Positions 29,765 through 42,471 of a stretch of 64,000 nucleotides of DNA are shown in pieces; within the stretch, counting starts at the first letter, position 1, and each line of letters starts with the position of its first letter. The stretch comes from Gammaproteobacteria bacterium (GTDB taxonomy: Bacteria > Pseudomonadota > Gammaproteobacteria > Eutrophobiales > Eutrophobiaceae): NCBI GenBank assembly GCA_965221695.1, contig OZ244905.1:864001-928000 (forward strand). The letters are read 5' to 3'. The position numbers and the translations under genes were made by a program. The notes beneath the pieces are model-generated. The model made no database searches. It saw only the letters and a list, made by a program, of their open reading frames with translations, and was not told where the DNA came from.

Positions 29765-29803
29765 TATTACAGAAATTTCTGATATCATCAGATTTCCGTA
29801 TCA
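29765..29803. promoter_or_regulatory. Second putative PaaX operator
   Basis: TATTAC-N27-GTATCA upstream of paaK; right half identical to the paaA site. Confidence 0.6.
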
Positions 29804-29849
29804 TATCTTAAAAGATATTCAACGGAAACCGGTATTTGAAAGAGTACTA

Positions 29850-30112
29850 GTACTCTTTCAACTTAATTTTGACATGTTCAGCGGGTCGGGAAGCGGTTGA
29901 GCGCAAGGCGCACCGCGCAGCGAATGGCGCGCCCTTCGCAAGCGGCGCAACGACGCGGGCGACCGCTTCCCGGCCCGCCCATAGGGAGCCACACAGCGAC
30001 GCCAATACGGCGTTGCAGCCCTTGGCAAGGACTCGCCATTCCCGGCGGGCTGCGCCTTGTCTTGGCGTCGCTGTGTGGCTCTGAACATGTCAAAATTAAG
30101 TTGAAAGAGTAC
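29850..30112. mobile_element. 263-bp MITE-like element with perfect 32-bp terminal inverted repeats
   Basis: GTACTCTTTCAACTTAATTTTGACATGTTCAG (29850-29881) and its exact reverse complement (30081-30112); solo end copy at ~40140-40171. Confidence 0.75.
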
Positions 30113-30161
30113 CAGGGTCTAATCGGGGATTCCCGTAACCTTACAGCGGATAGATCGTGCT

Positions 30162-32199
<2,038 letters not shown>

Positions 32200-32207
<8 letters not shown>

Positions 32208-32658
32208 GCTCACCGGCGATGAGCTTGCACGCGCCTGCGTGAAAGCCATGTACGCCAAGGATATGGCCTCGCAAAGCATCGGCATTACCATTGGCGAGGT
32301 GCATGAGGGTTATGCCCGTCTCGAGATGACCATCACTGACGGCATGTTGAACGGCCACGGCATCTGCCATGGCGGTTTCATCTTTACCCTGGCGGACACG
32401 GCCTTTGCCTGCGCCTGCAACACCCGCAACGACGTGAACGTAGCGCAGAAGTGCGGCATCGAGTTCAAACGGCCGGGCAGAGCCGGTGATCGGCTGGCGG
32501 CGACTGCCGAACATAAGTCACAGGATGGCCGTTACGGACGCTACCAGGTCAGGGTCACCGACCAGGACGGCAACCTGGTCGCCCTGTTCGAGGGACACTC
32601 ATGCCAGGTGAGAGGGAAACTGCTGCAAAACCAGGGGTCGGAGTTAGGTAAGCTCTGA
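32200..32658 (+). CDS. paaI: Phenylacetyl-CoA thioesterase PaaI
   Basis: [26 protein letters not shown]. Confidence 0.93.
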
Positions 32659-32676
32659 CTTAATCTCAGAGGTTTC

Positions 32677-33201
32677 TTAATCAGCTTGCAGATTCGCCAG
32701 GTCCGCAAGGACCTCGGCGCTGTGGGTATCGGGGTCCACTTTTCGGTAGGTCTTTGCAATCTTGCCGGCGGGGTCAATGATAAAGGTATGCCGCGCGGCG
32801 ATGGTCATGCCCAGCCACTTTGTCAGAGAGCCGTATTGCCTGGCTGTTTCGCCTTCGGCGTCGGACAACAGCGGAAACGGCAAACCATATTTTTCCGCGA
32901 AGCGGGCGTGGCTTTCGGCGCTGTCGAGACTGACGCCAAGCACTTCCGCATCCAAAGCCCGCAGTTTGAAGATGTCATCGCGGAAATTGCACGCCTCGGT
33001 GGTGCAACCGGGCGTATCGTCTTTGGGATAAAAGTACAACACCACCCACTTGCCCTGGTACTGCTCCAGGCTATGGGTTTTCATGTGCTGATCCTGCATC
33101 ACAAACCCGGGCGCAGGTTGCCCGGCCTGAAGCTCGGCAGCCGCGACCTGATGTCCGAACAGAAAGCAGACCAGAAAAGAGATTGATCTCACTATTACCA
33201 T
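32677..33201 (-). CDS. Peroxiredoxin (Bcp/PrxQ type) with signal peptide
   Basis: VVLYFYPKDDTPGCTTEAC. Confidence 0.92.
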   Translation of the reverse strand: MVIVRSISFLVCFLFGHQVAAAELQAGQPAPGFVMQDQHMKTHSLEQYQGKWVVLYFYPKDDTPGCTTEACNFRDDIFKLRALDAEVLGVSLDSAESHARFAEKYGLPFPLLSDAEGETARQYGSLTKWLGMTIAARHTFIIDPAGKIAKTYRKVDPDTHSAEVLADLANLQAD

Positions 33202-33228
33202 AAGGTGATTATACACGGGATGAATTAA

Positions 33229-33379
33229 GGAAGCTCTGATTAAGTCAGAGCTTCCTGCGATACAGGGATGTATCGCTAAATTCGATGACGATAAGTCATT
33301 GAATTTGTGAGCAAAATAAAAATCGCATTTTTGTTTTGCGTGCCCTGACAAGTCCAGGATGGACTTGTTCAGAGCTTCC
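33229..33379. mobile_element. 151-bp IS5-type MITE, copy 1
   Basis: TTAA|GGAAGCTCTGA...TCAGAGCTTCC|TTAA; same length as the copies at 56261 and 63585. Confidence 0.85.
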
Positions 33380-33525
33380 TTAACATGGATACACAGGATG
33401 AACAGGATGATTTTACTAGCTGGCCTGCGACGCGGGGATGCATCGCTCAGAGAAGTGCTGGATGGACACGTTCAGAGTTTCCTTAGTATACTCTCCTTTA
33501 GCGTTCGACTGACGGGGGTTCTTCC

Positions 33526-34617
33526 ATGGCTTCACAGACTCTTGCTGAGAGACAACAGAAACTGGCCTCAATTTCAGCGGCGAGTATGGCCGATCGCGAC
33601 ACACCACTGATCAGGAATGCCTGGTATGTGGCTGCGCGCAGCGATGAAATCACTCGCAAGCTGTTTTCCCGGCAATACCTGGGCGTCAGCGTTGTGCTGT
33701 TTCGCAAGGAGAATGGTACGCCGGTGGCTTTGCAGAACCGTTGCTGCCATCGCTCGTTTCCATTGGCTGAGGGTAAGCTGTACGGTGATGTGCTGGAATG
33801 CGGTTATCACGGCTTCCGCTATAACACCGACGGCAGGTGTGTGGCGGTGCCATCGCAGAAACGCCCGCCACAAAATATCGGCCTGCGCACGTTTCCGGTT
33901 GTGGAGAAAAAACCTTTTATCTGGATCTGGCCGGGCGACCCGGACAAGGCGGACGAGGCCCTCCTACCAAACCAGTTCTACCTGGACCACCCGGACTGGG
34001 CGGTTAACATCGGTTTCCTGAACATAAAAGGCAGCTATGTCAGCCTGCATGAAAACCTGCTGGACTTGTCGCACCTGAGCTTCCTGCATGACAAGACCTT
34101 CGGCACGCCGGAATATGCGCGCGCGCCGATTGAAGACACGGTCGGTGACGAACATTTTGAGGTGTGGCGGCACGTGGAATGCGTGTTGCCGCCGATTTAC
34201 GCCAAGCCGCTGGGTTGGGAGGGCGAAAAAGCCATGCGCAGTTCCGGCTCGCTGTTTGTCAGCCCCGGCCTGCACGTTAACTCCGGCATCCTGAAAAACC
34301 TGGACAAACCGGAAAAAATGCAAAAACTGCAGCCTCTTATCAAAGTGGCGCAGTTGATAACCCCGGAAACCAATACCTCGACAAATTATTATTACGCCCA
34401 GTGTCGCAACTTCTGTTTACACGATGAAGAAATGGGCGCGTTCATGCTGAAAGCCAACCAGGCCGCATTCAGCGAGGATGTGTTTGCGATCGAACACATC
34501 AACAGGATGCAAGACACCGATCAGACGCCCGGCTTCTTTGAGGTCGACGTGCCGGCAGACCGCGCCGGCATCGCAATGCGCCGCCACCTGAAAAAAATGG
34601 CGGACGCAGAGCGGTAG
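33526..34617 (+). CDS. Rieske non-heme iron oxygenase alpha subunit (VanA-like)
   Basis: RNAWYVAA, Rieske CCH..CGYH, mononuclear iron ENLLDLSH..FLH, FSED. Confidence 0.92.
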   Translation: MASQTLAERQQKLASISAASMADRDTPLIRNAWYVAARSDEITRKLFSRQYLGVSVVLFRKENGTPVALQNRCCHRSFPLAEGKLYGDVLECGYHGFRYNTDGRCVAVPSQKRPPQNIGLRTFPVVEKKPFIWIWPGDPDKADEALLPNQFYLDHPDWAVNIGFLNIKGSYVSLHENLLDLSHLSFLHDKTFGTPEYARAPIEDTVGDEHFEVWRHVECVLPPIYAKPLGWEGEKAMRSSGSLFVSPGLHVNSGILKNLDKPEKMQKLQPLIKVAQLITPETNTSTNYYYAQCRNFCLHDEEMGAFMLKANQAAFSEDVFAIEHINRMQDTDQTPGFFEVDVPADRAGIAMRRHLKKMADAER

Positions 34618-34684
34618 CCCATGAGAGCGCGGACATCCAGAATCAAGACAAGCGCAGGATTCATAAATTTTTTTAAAAAAAGTG

Positions 34685-34730
34685 TTGACATCTAAGAATC
34701 AACCTCTATAATACTTAGTTAAGTAACTAA
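34685..34730 (+). promoter_or_regulatory. Consensus sigma70 promoter followed by a palindromic operator
   Basis: TTGACA-N16-TATAAT then TTAGTT-N4-AACTAA (34715-34730). Confidence 0.8.
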
Positions 34731-34743
34731 CAAAGTTTTGTTT

Positions 34744-35337
34744 ATGCCCAGATTAAGTGATAAACGTGAACGTTTGATTAGTGCAGCCGATGCTCTGATA
34801 CACAGGCAGGGTTTTTATCGCACCACGCTAGCAGACATTGCCGAAGAGGCAAAAGTGCCGTTGGGAAACGTGTATTACTATTTCAAGACCAAGGAGGATA
34901 TCTGCAAGGCGGTTGTCACAGAACGGAAGCAGGCATTATCAAATATGCTCAAGAGTTGTTGCAGGAGAAGGGATCCAATGGACGCGTTGATGAACCTGGT
35001 CAAGGTAATGATAGGCCATAGCAGGGAACTGGCCGAAGCAGGATGCCCTCTCGGCGGCCTGTCCCAGGAACTGGATGAGCAATGCGGTGAGTTGATGGAT
35101 TGCGCTGATAGCTGTATGAAGTACCTGGTGGATTGGTCAACAGAGCAATTTCGCCTGATGGGTTTAAAGCGGGCTGAGGAACTGGGTTTCGAGTTCGTAT
35201 CACGTGTGCAGGGAATTATTTTGCTGGCCAACATATTAAATGATCCCCGGCAATTGAAACAGCAACTCAAGTCGGTGGCTGAATGGATAAAAAGCCTGGC
35301 CCCGCACTGCCGGAATGAGCAACGGGCTGCCGCATAA
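34744..35337 (+). CDS. TetR/AcrR family transcriptional regulator
   Basis: TTLADIAEEAKVPLGNVYYYFKTKE, GCPLG. Confidence 0.93.
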   Translation: MPRLSDKRERLISAADALIHRQGFYRTTLADIAEEAKVPLGNVYYYFKTKEDICKAVVTERKQALSNMLKSCCRRRDPMDALMNLVKVMIGHSRELAEAGCPLGGLSQELDEQCGELMDCADSCMKYLVDWSTEQFRLMGLKRAEELGFEFVSRVQGIILLANILNDPRQLKQQLKSVAEWIKSLAPHCRNEQRAAA

Positions 35338-35393
35338 CAGGACAGCAACTATTTTTTTATAGAAACTAAGTTAGTTATTTAACTTAGAAAGGT

Positions 35394-35471
35394 ATGAAAC
35401 TTATGACATTGTATATCGAAGAAGACTCTCATAGTCGCAATGTCTGTTGGCTGTGGGCCGTATTTATCTAA
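35394..35471 (+). CDS. Candidate 25-aa small protein MKLMTLYIEEDSHSRNVCWLWAVFI
   Basis: AGAAAGG just upstream of the ATG; operator-like repeat immediately before. Confidence 0.4.
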   Translation: MKLMTLYIEEDSHSRNVCWLWAVFI

Positions 35472-35537
35472 AACCCTTGAAAATTTATTTTTAGCCCATA
35501 TTTAGTTAGACAACTTACATAGAAAAGGAGAACGACC

Positions 35538-35828
35538 ATGAAAACTTTGATCGGAAAAACGTTTGCTGTCACCTTGATTGCCAGTTTACTGACCCTGGCC
35601 AGCGTGGAGAATCACGCGGGCGAACTCGACAGCTACCTGGATGAGGCCATGCGCACCCAGGTTCTCGAGGAATTGAAAGAAAACATGCAGCGCCTGTACG
35701 AAGGCGAGGCGTTTATTCCTGCAACGGGTTACCAGGTAAACGCCCTGCAGGTACAGGACTTCGGATTTTCTATCGCCAATCGGAAAATTGCGGTTCCGGA
35801 CTTTTATCGGGTTGGCGTAGTGAATTGA
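35538..35828 (+). CDS. Hypothetical secreted protein
   Basis: AAGGAG RBS, signal-peptide-like N-terminus, downstream terminator. Confidence 0.75.
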   Translation: MKTLIGKTFAVTLIASLLTLASVENHAGELDSYLDEAMRTQVLEELKENMQRLYEGEAFIPATGYQVNALQVQDFGFSIANRKIAVPDFYRVGVVN

Positions 35829-35879
35829 GACAGGTTTACCCCCCTCTATCCCCCGGGAGTTTCCATACTCCCATACTTG

Positions 35880-35920
35880 GCCGCCACCGGTCCTCCCCCT
35901 CTGGTGGCGGCATTTTTTTT
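35880..35920 (+). terminator. Rho-independent terminator
   Basis: GCCGCCACCGG..CTGGTGGCGGC stem followed by a T-run. Confidence 0.8.
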
Positions 35921-35999
35921 CTGCTTCAAGACAGGCAAATACTTGCCTGGTCAAGCCTTTCATTCCCATTCCGGTTATAATTCCTGAAACTATTCAACA

Positions 36000-38678
36000 A
36001 TGACTGAAACTACTGAACGCATGCTGGAAAAAACAACAGACATCGACCCTCAGGAAACTCAGGAGTGGCTCGAAGCCCTGGATTCAGTCATGGCCCGGGA
36101 TGGCACAGAACGGGCACATTACCTGCTTGAACAACTGGTTGCCAGGGCCAGGAAATCCGGCGCCTACCTGCCCTATTCGGCCAATACCGCTTACCTGAAT
36201 ACTATCCCGCCGGCGCGGGAAGAACGAACGCCGGGTGATGCCGGTATTGAATGGCGCATCCGCTCGCTGATACGCTGGAATGCGCTGGCCATGGTGGTCA
36301 GGGCCAATCGTCTGAACAGCGAGTTGGGCGGGCATATCGCCAGCTTTGCATCCTCGGCCACCTTGTACGATGTGGGTTTCAACCATTTTTTTCGATCCAC
36401 CAACGAAAAACAAGCGGGCGATTTGATATTCATACAAGGCCATTCAGCGCCGGGAATTTACGCCCGCGCTTTTCTCTACGGCGAAATAACAGAAGAACAA
36501 TTGAACAAGTTTCGTCAGGAAGTGGATGGCGACGGTCTGTCTTCTTACCCGCATCCCTGGCTGATGCCCGATTTCTGGCAGTTCCCCACGGTTTCCATGG
36601 GGCTGGGACCGTTGATGGCCATTTACCAGGCGCGGTTTTTGCGCTACCTGGAGCACCGGGGATTAGTCCCGGCCAGCGACAGGAAGATCTGGGCATTCAT
36701 GGGAGACGGCGAAATGGATGAGCCGGAAGCGCTCGGCTCTATCGGTCTGGCCGCCCGGGAAAATCTGGACAACCTGATCTTTGTGATCAATTGCAACCTG
36801 CAACGCCTGGACGGCCCGGTACGCGGCAACGGCAAAATCATACAGGAGCTGGAGGCCGATTTTCGCGGCGCCGGCTGGAATGTGATCAAGGTTATCTGGG
36901 GTTCCTATTGGGACCCGCTGATTGCCCGCGACACCGACGGCAAACTCCTCAAGGTAATGGAGGAGACGGTGGATGGCGAGTACCAGGCCTACAAAGCCAA
37001 CGACGGCGCTTATGTGCGCGAACGGTTTTTCGGCAAATACCCGGAGTTAAAAGCGTTGGTTGCGAACATGTCGGATGAGGATATCTGGCGCCTTAACCGC
37101 GGCGGACATGACCCGCACAAGGTCTATGCAGCTTATGCCGCAGCGATGAAACACCAGGGACAACCGACCGTTATATTGGCGAAGACTGTGAAGGGCTATG
37201 GCATGGGGGAAGCGGGCGAAGGCCAGAACATCACCCACCAGCAGAAGAAAATGGGAGAGGAAACACTGAAAGCATTCCGCGATCGTTTCAATATCCCGGT
37301 TTCCGACGAAGATGTTGCCAACGCCGCCTTCTACAAACCGCCGGAAGATAGCCCGGAATTAACCTACATGCGCGGGCGTCGGGAAAAACTGGGTGGTTTC
37401 CTGTTGCAGAAATGGCCACAAGCGTCAAAACACCAGATGCCGGATGCGCAAATACATGACAAGCTGCTGGCCGGCACAGGCAAGCGGGAGATTTCCACTA
37501 CGATGGCCTTTGTGCGTATTCTTACCGCATTGGTCAAGGACCAGCACATCGGTAAATTCATCGTTCCTATTGTGCCCGACGAAGCGCGCACATTCGGGAT
37601 GGAAGGCATGTTCAGACAACTGGGCATATACTCCTCGGCAGGCCAGTTATACGAACCGGTCGACAGCAGCCAAGTGATGTATTACCGCGAAGACAAACAG
37701 GGTCAGATACTGCAGGAAGGCATTAACGAAGCAGGCGCGTTTTCATCCTGGATGGCCGCGGCCACCGCGTATAAGCATCACAGCGTGCAAATGATACCTT
37801 TCTATATTTTTTACTCGATGTTCGGCTTTCAACGCGTTGGCGACCTGGCCTGGGCAGCCGGCGACCTGCGCTCACGCGGTTTTCTCATCGGCGGCACAGC
37901 CGGTCGCACCACGCTGGCCGGCGAAGGGCTGCAACACCAGGATGGCCACAGCCACCTGCTGGCTTCAGCGATACCCAACTGCGTGGCATATGACCCGGCT
38001 TATGCCTACGAGTTGGCGGTGATCATTCACGACGGCCTGCGGCGGATGTATACGGACGACGAGGATATTTATTACTACATCACGGTGATGAATGAAAACT
38101 ATCCGCACCCGCCGCTGCCGGATAATGCAATCGAAGGCATATTGAAAGGTATGTATAAACTGCAAGGAAGCGATGCGAAAGCGGCGCAAGTGCGGTTGTT
38201 GGGCTCGGGAACGATTCTGCGTGAGATATTAGCCGCAAAAGCGCTGCTGGAAGATGATTTTGCAATCGCCGCCGAGGTTTGGAGCGTGACTTCTTTCAAC
38301 GAATTACGCCGTGACGGCCTGGCAGTAGAACGCCGGAACCGTTTGCACCCGGAAGCAAAGCCCAAACAGAGTTATGTCAGCCAATGCCTGGGCAATACAA
38401 CGATACCAACGATTGCGGCCACCGATTATATGAAAACATATGCCGACCAGATACGCCAGTTCGTGCCGGGGATATACCTGGCGCTGGGCACGGACGGATA
38501 CGGGCGCAGCGATACCCGCGCCAAGTTGAGAAGTTTCTTTGAAGTAGACCGTTATCACATCGCTGTGGCCGCCCTGAAGGTATTGGCGGATGCAGGAGCA
38601 ACGCCCACCGCCACAGTCAGCGACGCTATCAAACGCTACGACATTAACCCGGACAAACCCGGTCCGGCCACTGCATAA
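36000..38678 (+). CDS. aceE: Pyruvate dehydrogenase E1
   Basis: DIDPQETQEW, GGHIASFAS, GDGEMDE, EGLQHQDG. Confidence 0.97.
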   Translation: MTETTERMLEKTTDIDPQETQEWLEALDSVMARDGTERAHYLLEQLVARARKSGAYLPYSANTAYLNTIPPAREERTPGDAGIEWRIRSLIRWNALAMVVRANRLNSELGGHIASFASSATLYDVGFNHFFRSTNEKQAGDLIFIQGHSAPGIYARAFLYGEITEEQLNKFRQEVDGDGLSSYPHPWLMPDFWQFPTVSMGLGPLMAIYQARFLRYLEHRGLVPASDRKIWAFMGDGEMDEPEALGSIGLAARENLDNLIFVINCNLQRLDGPVRGNGKIIQELEADFRGAGWNVIKVIWGSYWDPLIARDTDGKLLKVMEETVDGEYQAYKANDGAYVRERFFGKYPELKALVANMSDEDIWRLNRGGHDPHKVYAAYAAAMKHQGQPTVILAKTVKGYGMGEAGEGQNITHQQKKMGEETLKAFRDRFNIPVSDEDVANAAFYKPPEDSPELTYMRGRREKLGGFLLQKWPQASKHQMPDAQIHDKLLAGTGKREISTTMAFVRILTALVKDQHIGKFIVPIVPDEARTFGMEGMFRQLGIYSSAGQLYEPVDSSQVMYYREDKQGQILQEGINEAGAFSSWMAAATAYKHHSVQMIPFYIFYSMFGFQRVGDLAWAAGDLRSRGFLIGGTAGRTTLAGEGLQHQDGHSHLLASAIPNCVAYDPAYAYELAVIIHDGLRRMYTDDEDIYYYITVMNENYPHPPLPDNAIEGILKGMYKLQGSDAKAAQVRLLGSGTILREILAAKALLEDDFAIAAEVWSVTSFNELRRDGLAVERRNRLHPEAKPKQSYVSQCLGNTTIPTIAATDYMKTYADQIRQFVPGIYLALGTDGYGRSDTRAKLRSFFEVDRYHIAVAALKVLADAGATPTATVSDAIKRYDINPDKPGPATA

Positions 38679-38699
38679 TTCTGTTATCGTTATATCTTT

Positions 38700-40130
38700 A
38701 TGAGCAAGCTATCCGATATTACTGTCCCCAATATCGGGGATTTTGATGCGGTTGAGATCATTGATATCGCCGTTAAAGTGGGCGACCGAGTCGACCTGGA
38801 AGACACGCTGGTCACGCTGGAGTCTGATAAAGCCAGTATGGACGTGCCGGCTGCTGCGACCGGCATCGTTAAGGAAATTCTTGTCAACATTGGCGACGCG
38901 GTGTCCGAAGGCAATTTGCTGATGCGCTTTGAAGAAGGAGAGAAGCAGGCCGCCACTGAGCCGCAATCTACGAAGTCAGACAAACCTGCCGAGGAGCAGG
39001 ACATGGCTGCGGATAAAGCATCCGAATCCATCACCGCGCCGCTGGCTGCGGCGCCTGACAAGACTGGACAGCCGAGTAAGACCGCCGCAAAAAAAGCAAC
39101 TGGCAACGATAACGGCATAGTCAAATCGGCAGCGTTGGCCGCCGATGAAGACAGCGATGCGCCGGGCGCGTACGCCCCGCCACCGGCGCCGGCAGCGCCG
39201 GCAAGCGCGCAAACCGTCGGTTCCAGCGCTTCCGCCCAGGCACATGCGAGCCCGGCAGTACGCAAATTGGCGCGCGAGCTGGGTGTGGACCTGGGCCTGG
39301 TCAAGGGCACCGGCAAAAGAAACCGCATCCTGAAGGAAGACGTAACCGCTTTTACCAAGACCGTGATGACGGGAACACGCGTGTTCGACGGGCCCGCGCT
39401 TCAGGAAGTCCCGCCCGTGGACTTTTCCAGGTTTGGTCCGGTGGAAACCCGTCCGCTGCCGCGTCTGAAACAGCTCGGCGGCCAGAACCTGCATCGCAAC
39501 TGGGTCAACGCACCCCATGTCACCCAATTCGACGAAACGGATATCACTGAACTGGAAGCCTTTCGCCTGTCGAAAAAGTCCGACGCGCAACGGCGCGGCG
39601 TCAAGCTCACCCTGCTCAGTTTCCTGGTCAAGGCGGTGGTGGTTGCGCTGAAGAAGTTACCGGAATTCAACACTTCCCTGGGGCCGGACGGCAAGCAACT
39701 GATTTACAAGCAATACTTCCATATCGGAGTGGCGGTGAACACCGATCAGGGCTTGCTGGTACCGGTAGTGAAGGATGCCAACCTTAAAGGTATGTTCGAG
39801 TTGGCTGAGGAACTCACCGAGCTGGCGCAAAAGGCCAGGGATAAAAAACTGCGCCCCGCGGACATGGAGGGCGGCTGTTTCACCATCAGCAGCCTGGGCC
39901 ATATCGGCGGCACGGGATTCACACCCATCATCAATTCCCCGGAAGTCGCGATACTCGGCGTTTCCCGGGCAACGATGAAACCGGTCTACCAGGATGGCAG
40001 TTTCGAACCCCGGCTGATCCTGCCCTACGCCTTGTCTTACGACCACCGCGTCATTGACGGTGTCGCCGCCGCGCAATTCACCCGGACACTGGGTGAAATC
40101 CTGACGGATATCCGGGACATTCTGCTGTGA
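38700..40130 (+). CDS. aceF: Dihydrolipoamide acetyltransferase E2 (one lipoyl domain)
   Basis: [29 protein letters not shown]. Confidence 0.96.
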   Translation: MSKLSDITVPNIGDFDAVEIIDIAVKVGDRVDLEDTLVTLESDKASMDVPAAATGIVKEILVNIGDAVSEGNLLMRFEEGEKQAATEPQSTKSDKPAEEQDMAADKASESITAPLAAAPDKTGQPSKTAAKKATGNDNGIVKSAALAADEDSDAPGAYAPPPAPAAPASAQTVGSSASAQAHASPAVRKLARELGVDLGLVKGTGKRNRILKEDVTAFTKTVMTGTRVFDGPALQEVPPVDFSRFGPVETRPLPRLKQLGGQNLHRNWVNAPHVTQFDETDITELEAFRLSKKSDAQRRGVKLTLLSFLVKAVVVALKKLPEFNTSLGPDGKQLIYKQYFHIGVAVNTDQGLLVPVVKDANLKGMFELAEELTELAQKARDKKLRPADMEGGCFTISSLGHIGGTGFTPIINSPEVAILGVSRATMKPVYQDGSFEPRLILPYALSYDHRVIDGVAAAQFTRTLGEILTDIRDILL

Positions 40131-40139
40131 GCTATACTC

Positions 40140-40171
40140 TGAACAAGTCAAAATTAAGTTGAAAGAGTACT
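40140..40171. repeat. Solo copy of the 32-bp terminal repeat of the 29850-30112 element
   Basis: GAACAAGTCAAAATTAAGTTGAAAGAGTAC. Confidence 0.75.
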
Positions 40172-40293
40172 CGCCTTTACTCACTGTTACGGGGATGGCA
40201 CAGGGCTCAGGTCAGTTAGTAGAAACTTAAGTCATTGATTTTGACGGCGTATCCCTGTACCGTTGGAACCTCCTAGTTAACCGTTAAACGCCG

Positions 40294-41499
40294 ATGAGTG
40301 ATCAACCAGTGAACAAGGTCGTGCTTGCCTATTCAGGCGGATTGGATACCTCTGTCATCCTGAAATGGCTGCAGGACACCTACCAGTGCGAAGTGGTGAC
40401 ATTCACCGCGGATATCGGCCAAGGCGAGGAAGTGGCGCAGGCGCGGGCCAAGGCTGAAAGCCTGGGGGTGAAGGAGATATTCATCGAGAACCTGGTGGAA
40501 GAGTATGTCCGGGATTATGTCTTTCCGATGTTCCGCGCAAATACAATCTATGAAGGCGAATATTTATTGGGAACATCCATTGCGCGGCCGTTGGTCGCCA
40601 AACGCCTGGTGGAGATCGCCGAGGAAACAGGCGCTGAGGCAATATCCCACGGCGCCACGGGCAAGGGTAACGACCAGGTCCGATTGGAAATGGGCGCTTA
40701 CGCGCTGAAACCCGATATCAGGATCATTGCGCCGTGGCGTGAGTGGGAGTTGGACTCCCGGCAAAAACTGCTGGCTTATGCCGAACGGCACGGCATCCCC
40801 ATAGAAGCCAAGCGCGCTGGAGCATCTCCTTACTCTATGGACGCCAACCTGCTGCATATCTCCTATGAAGGCGACGACCTGGAAGACCCCTGGCAGGAAC
40901 CGGATGAATCCGTATGGCGTTGGAGTGTCGCGCCCGAGCGCGCGCCCGGTGAACCGGAAGTTATTGAACTGGATTTCAGCGCCGGCGACGCTTGCGCGCT
41001 GAACGGGGTTGCGATGTCACCGGCGCAACTGTTGAAGTCGTTAAACGAAATCGGGGGGCGGCATGGCATCGGTCGCACCGATATTGTCGAAAACCGCTAC
41101 GTGGGCATGAAATCCCGCGGCTGTTATGAAACGCCCGGCGGAACAATACTGCTGAAAGCGCATCGCGCGATGGAATCCATCACCCTGGATCGCGAGCTAA
41201 CGCACCTGAAAGACGACCTGATGCCACGCTATGCCAGGATGATTTATAACGGTTACTGGTGGAGCCCGGAACGCCTGGCGCTGCAAAAGCTGATCGATGA
41301 AAGCCAGGCAACAGTAAACGGCCGCGTGCGCCTGAAACTGTATAAAGGCAATGTCATCGTATGTGGTCGCAAATCCGATACTGACAGCCTGTTCAACCCG
41401 GATGTGGCCACCTTTGAGAGCGACGCCGGCAGCTATGACCAGAAAGACGCGGAAGGTTTCATCAAACTGAATGCGCTACGACTGCGCATGCGTCAATAA
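40294..41499 (+). CDS. argG: Argininosuccinate synthase
   Basis: [40 protein letters not shown]. Confidence 0.97.
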   Translation: MSDQPVNKVVLAYSGGLDTSVILKWLQDTYQCEVVTFTADIGQGEEVAQARAKAESLGVKEIFIENLVEEYVRDYVFPMFRANTIYEGEYLLGTSIARPLVAKRLVEIAEETGAEAISHGATGKGNDQVRLEMGAYALKPDIRIIAPWREWELDSRQKLLAYAERHGIPIEAKRAGASPYSMDANLLHISYEGDDLEDPWQEPDESVWRWSVAPERAPGEPEVIELDFSAGDACALNGVAMSPAQLLKSLNEIGGRHGIGRTDIVENRYVGMKSRGCYETPGGTILLKAHRAMESITLDRELTHLKDDLMPRYARMIYNGYWWSPERLALQKLIDESQATVNGRVRLKLYKGNVIVCGRKSDTDSLFNPDVATFESDAGSYDQKDAEGFIKLNALRLRMRQ

Positions 41500-42252
41500 A
41501 TCAACTCCCAGGATTACCTGCTTTTTCCGCATTTCTTCCAGTACCGCGCGGCCGCCGTTGATAACCGCTTCCGGGTCCGGGTGGGCTATCTCTGCGGCAA
41601 TTTGCGCGAGGACATCCCGGCCGGTTTTACCATCTTTGTTCTCTTTGATGGCATCGACCAGGCGCGCAGCCAGGGGGTTCAGTTCGATAAACCTTACCTT
41701 GTCCTGCCGATCCCGATAAACGAGCAAGCAAGTGGGTTGCGAGGGTTTTTCCTCGGGCAGATAATCGGGGCTGATACGATGCACCGGATAGTCATAGGCC
41801 AGCGACCAAGACAGTTCATTCAATAGCGGAACGCCTGAGAGCAAATCACCATCAGGATCGATGCCGTCCTGCCTGATCTCTCGAGTGTCTATCGACAAGG
41901 CCAGTTCCACCCATTCGTAGTGCGCAAGTTCCAGCACAAACGGATAAAGACCCTTGACGGATTCCTGTTCATGCTGCAGGTATTGGAGAAACTCCTGGGG
42001 CATACGGGGGAACAGCGGCGTGCGCGCCTGGTGGTTTTTGAAATACCCGCGCATCAAGCCATGCCATTCTTCATCCCTGAGCGCCTTCCTCAACACCGGG
42101 AAACTGTTCGCGAGAAAACTTTCCACGTTGCGATAAAGCAGGCCGCGATAGATCGCCATGCGGCGCTCTTCAATATCCTGCGGCGCCGGCTCGTTGTCCG
42201 GGTCACGAATGTGCCGGGTAAACTGATACTGGATATCAGTAAAGGAGTTCAT
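41476..42252 (-). CDS. DUF2063 MNIO partner protein (HvfC/BufC-like)
   Basis: [33 protein letters not shown]. Confidence 0.88.
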   Translation of the reverse strand: MNSFTDIQYQFTRHIRDPDNEPAPQDIEERRMAIYRGLLYRNVESFLANSFPVLRKALRDEEWHGLMRGYFKNHQARTPLFPRMPQEFLQYLQHEQESVKGLYPFVLELAHYEWVELALSIDTREIRQDGIDPDGDLLSGVPLLNELSWSLAYDYPVHRISPDYLPEEKPSQPTCLLVYRDRQDKVRFIELNPLAARLVDAIKENKDGKTGRDVLAQIAAEIAHPDPEAVINGGRAVLEEMRKKQVILGVDLLTHAQS

Positions 42253-42256
42253 AACA

Positions 42257-42471
42257 CCATTCCCGTGAAAACGGGATTCCAGTGAGGCAAAGGGTTGCCC
42301 TGCGGGCATACTGTATTCGACTGGACTCCCGCTTCCGCGGGAGTGGTACTGTGGTGATATTCACAGGAGCGCCCGCCATCCCATTCCCGTGAAAACGGGA
42401 ATCCAGTGAGACAAAGGGTCGCCCAGCGGGCGACACTGTATTTGACTGGACTCTCTCTTTCGTGGAGTGGT
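42257..42471. repeat. Family 1 REP/BIME-like array, two tandem units
   Basis: Two copies of ATTCCCGTGAAAACGGGA(A/T)TCCAG + hairpin + CTGGACTC unit. Confidence 0.85.

Noticed and set aside
33202-33351. N-terminal extensions in the ORF track for the peroxiredoxin, DUF2063 and SoxC
   Set aside because: They translate repeat or MITE sequence; downstream starts fit signal peptides and family N-termini better
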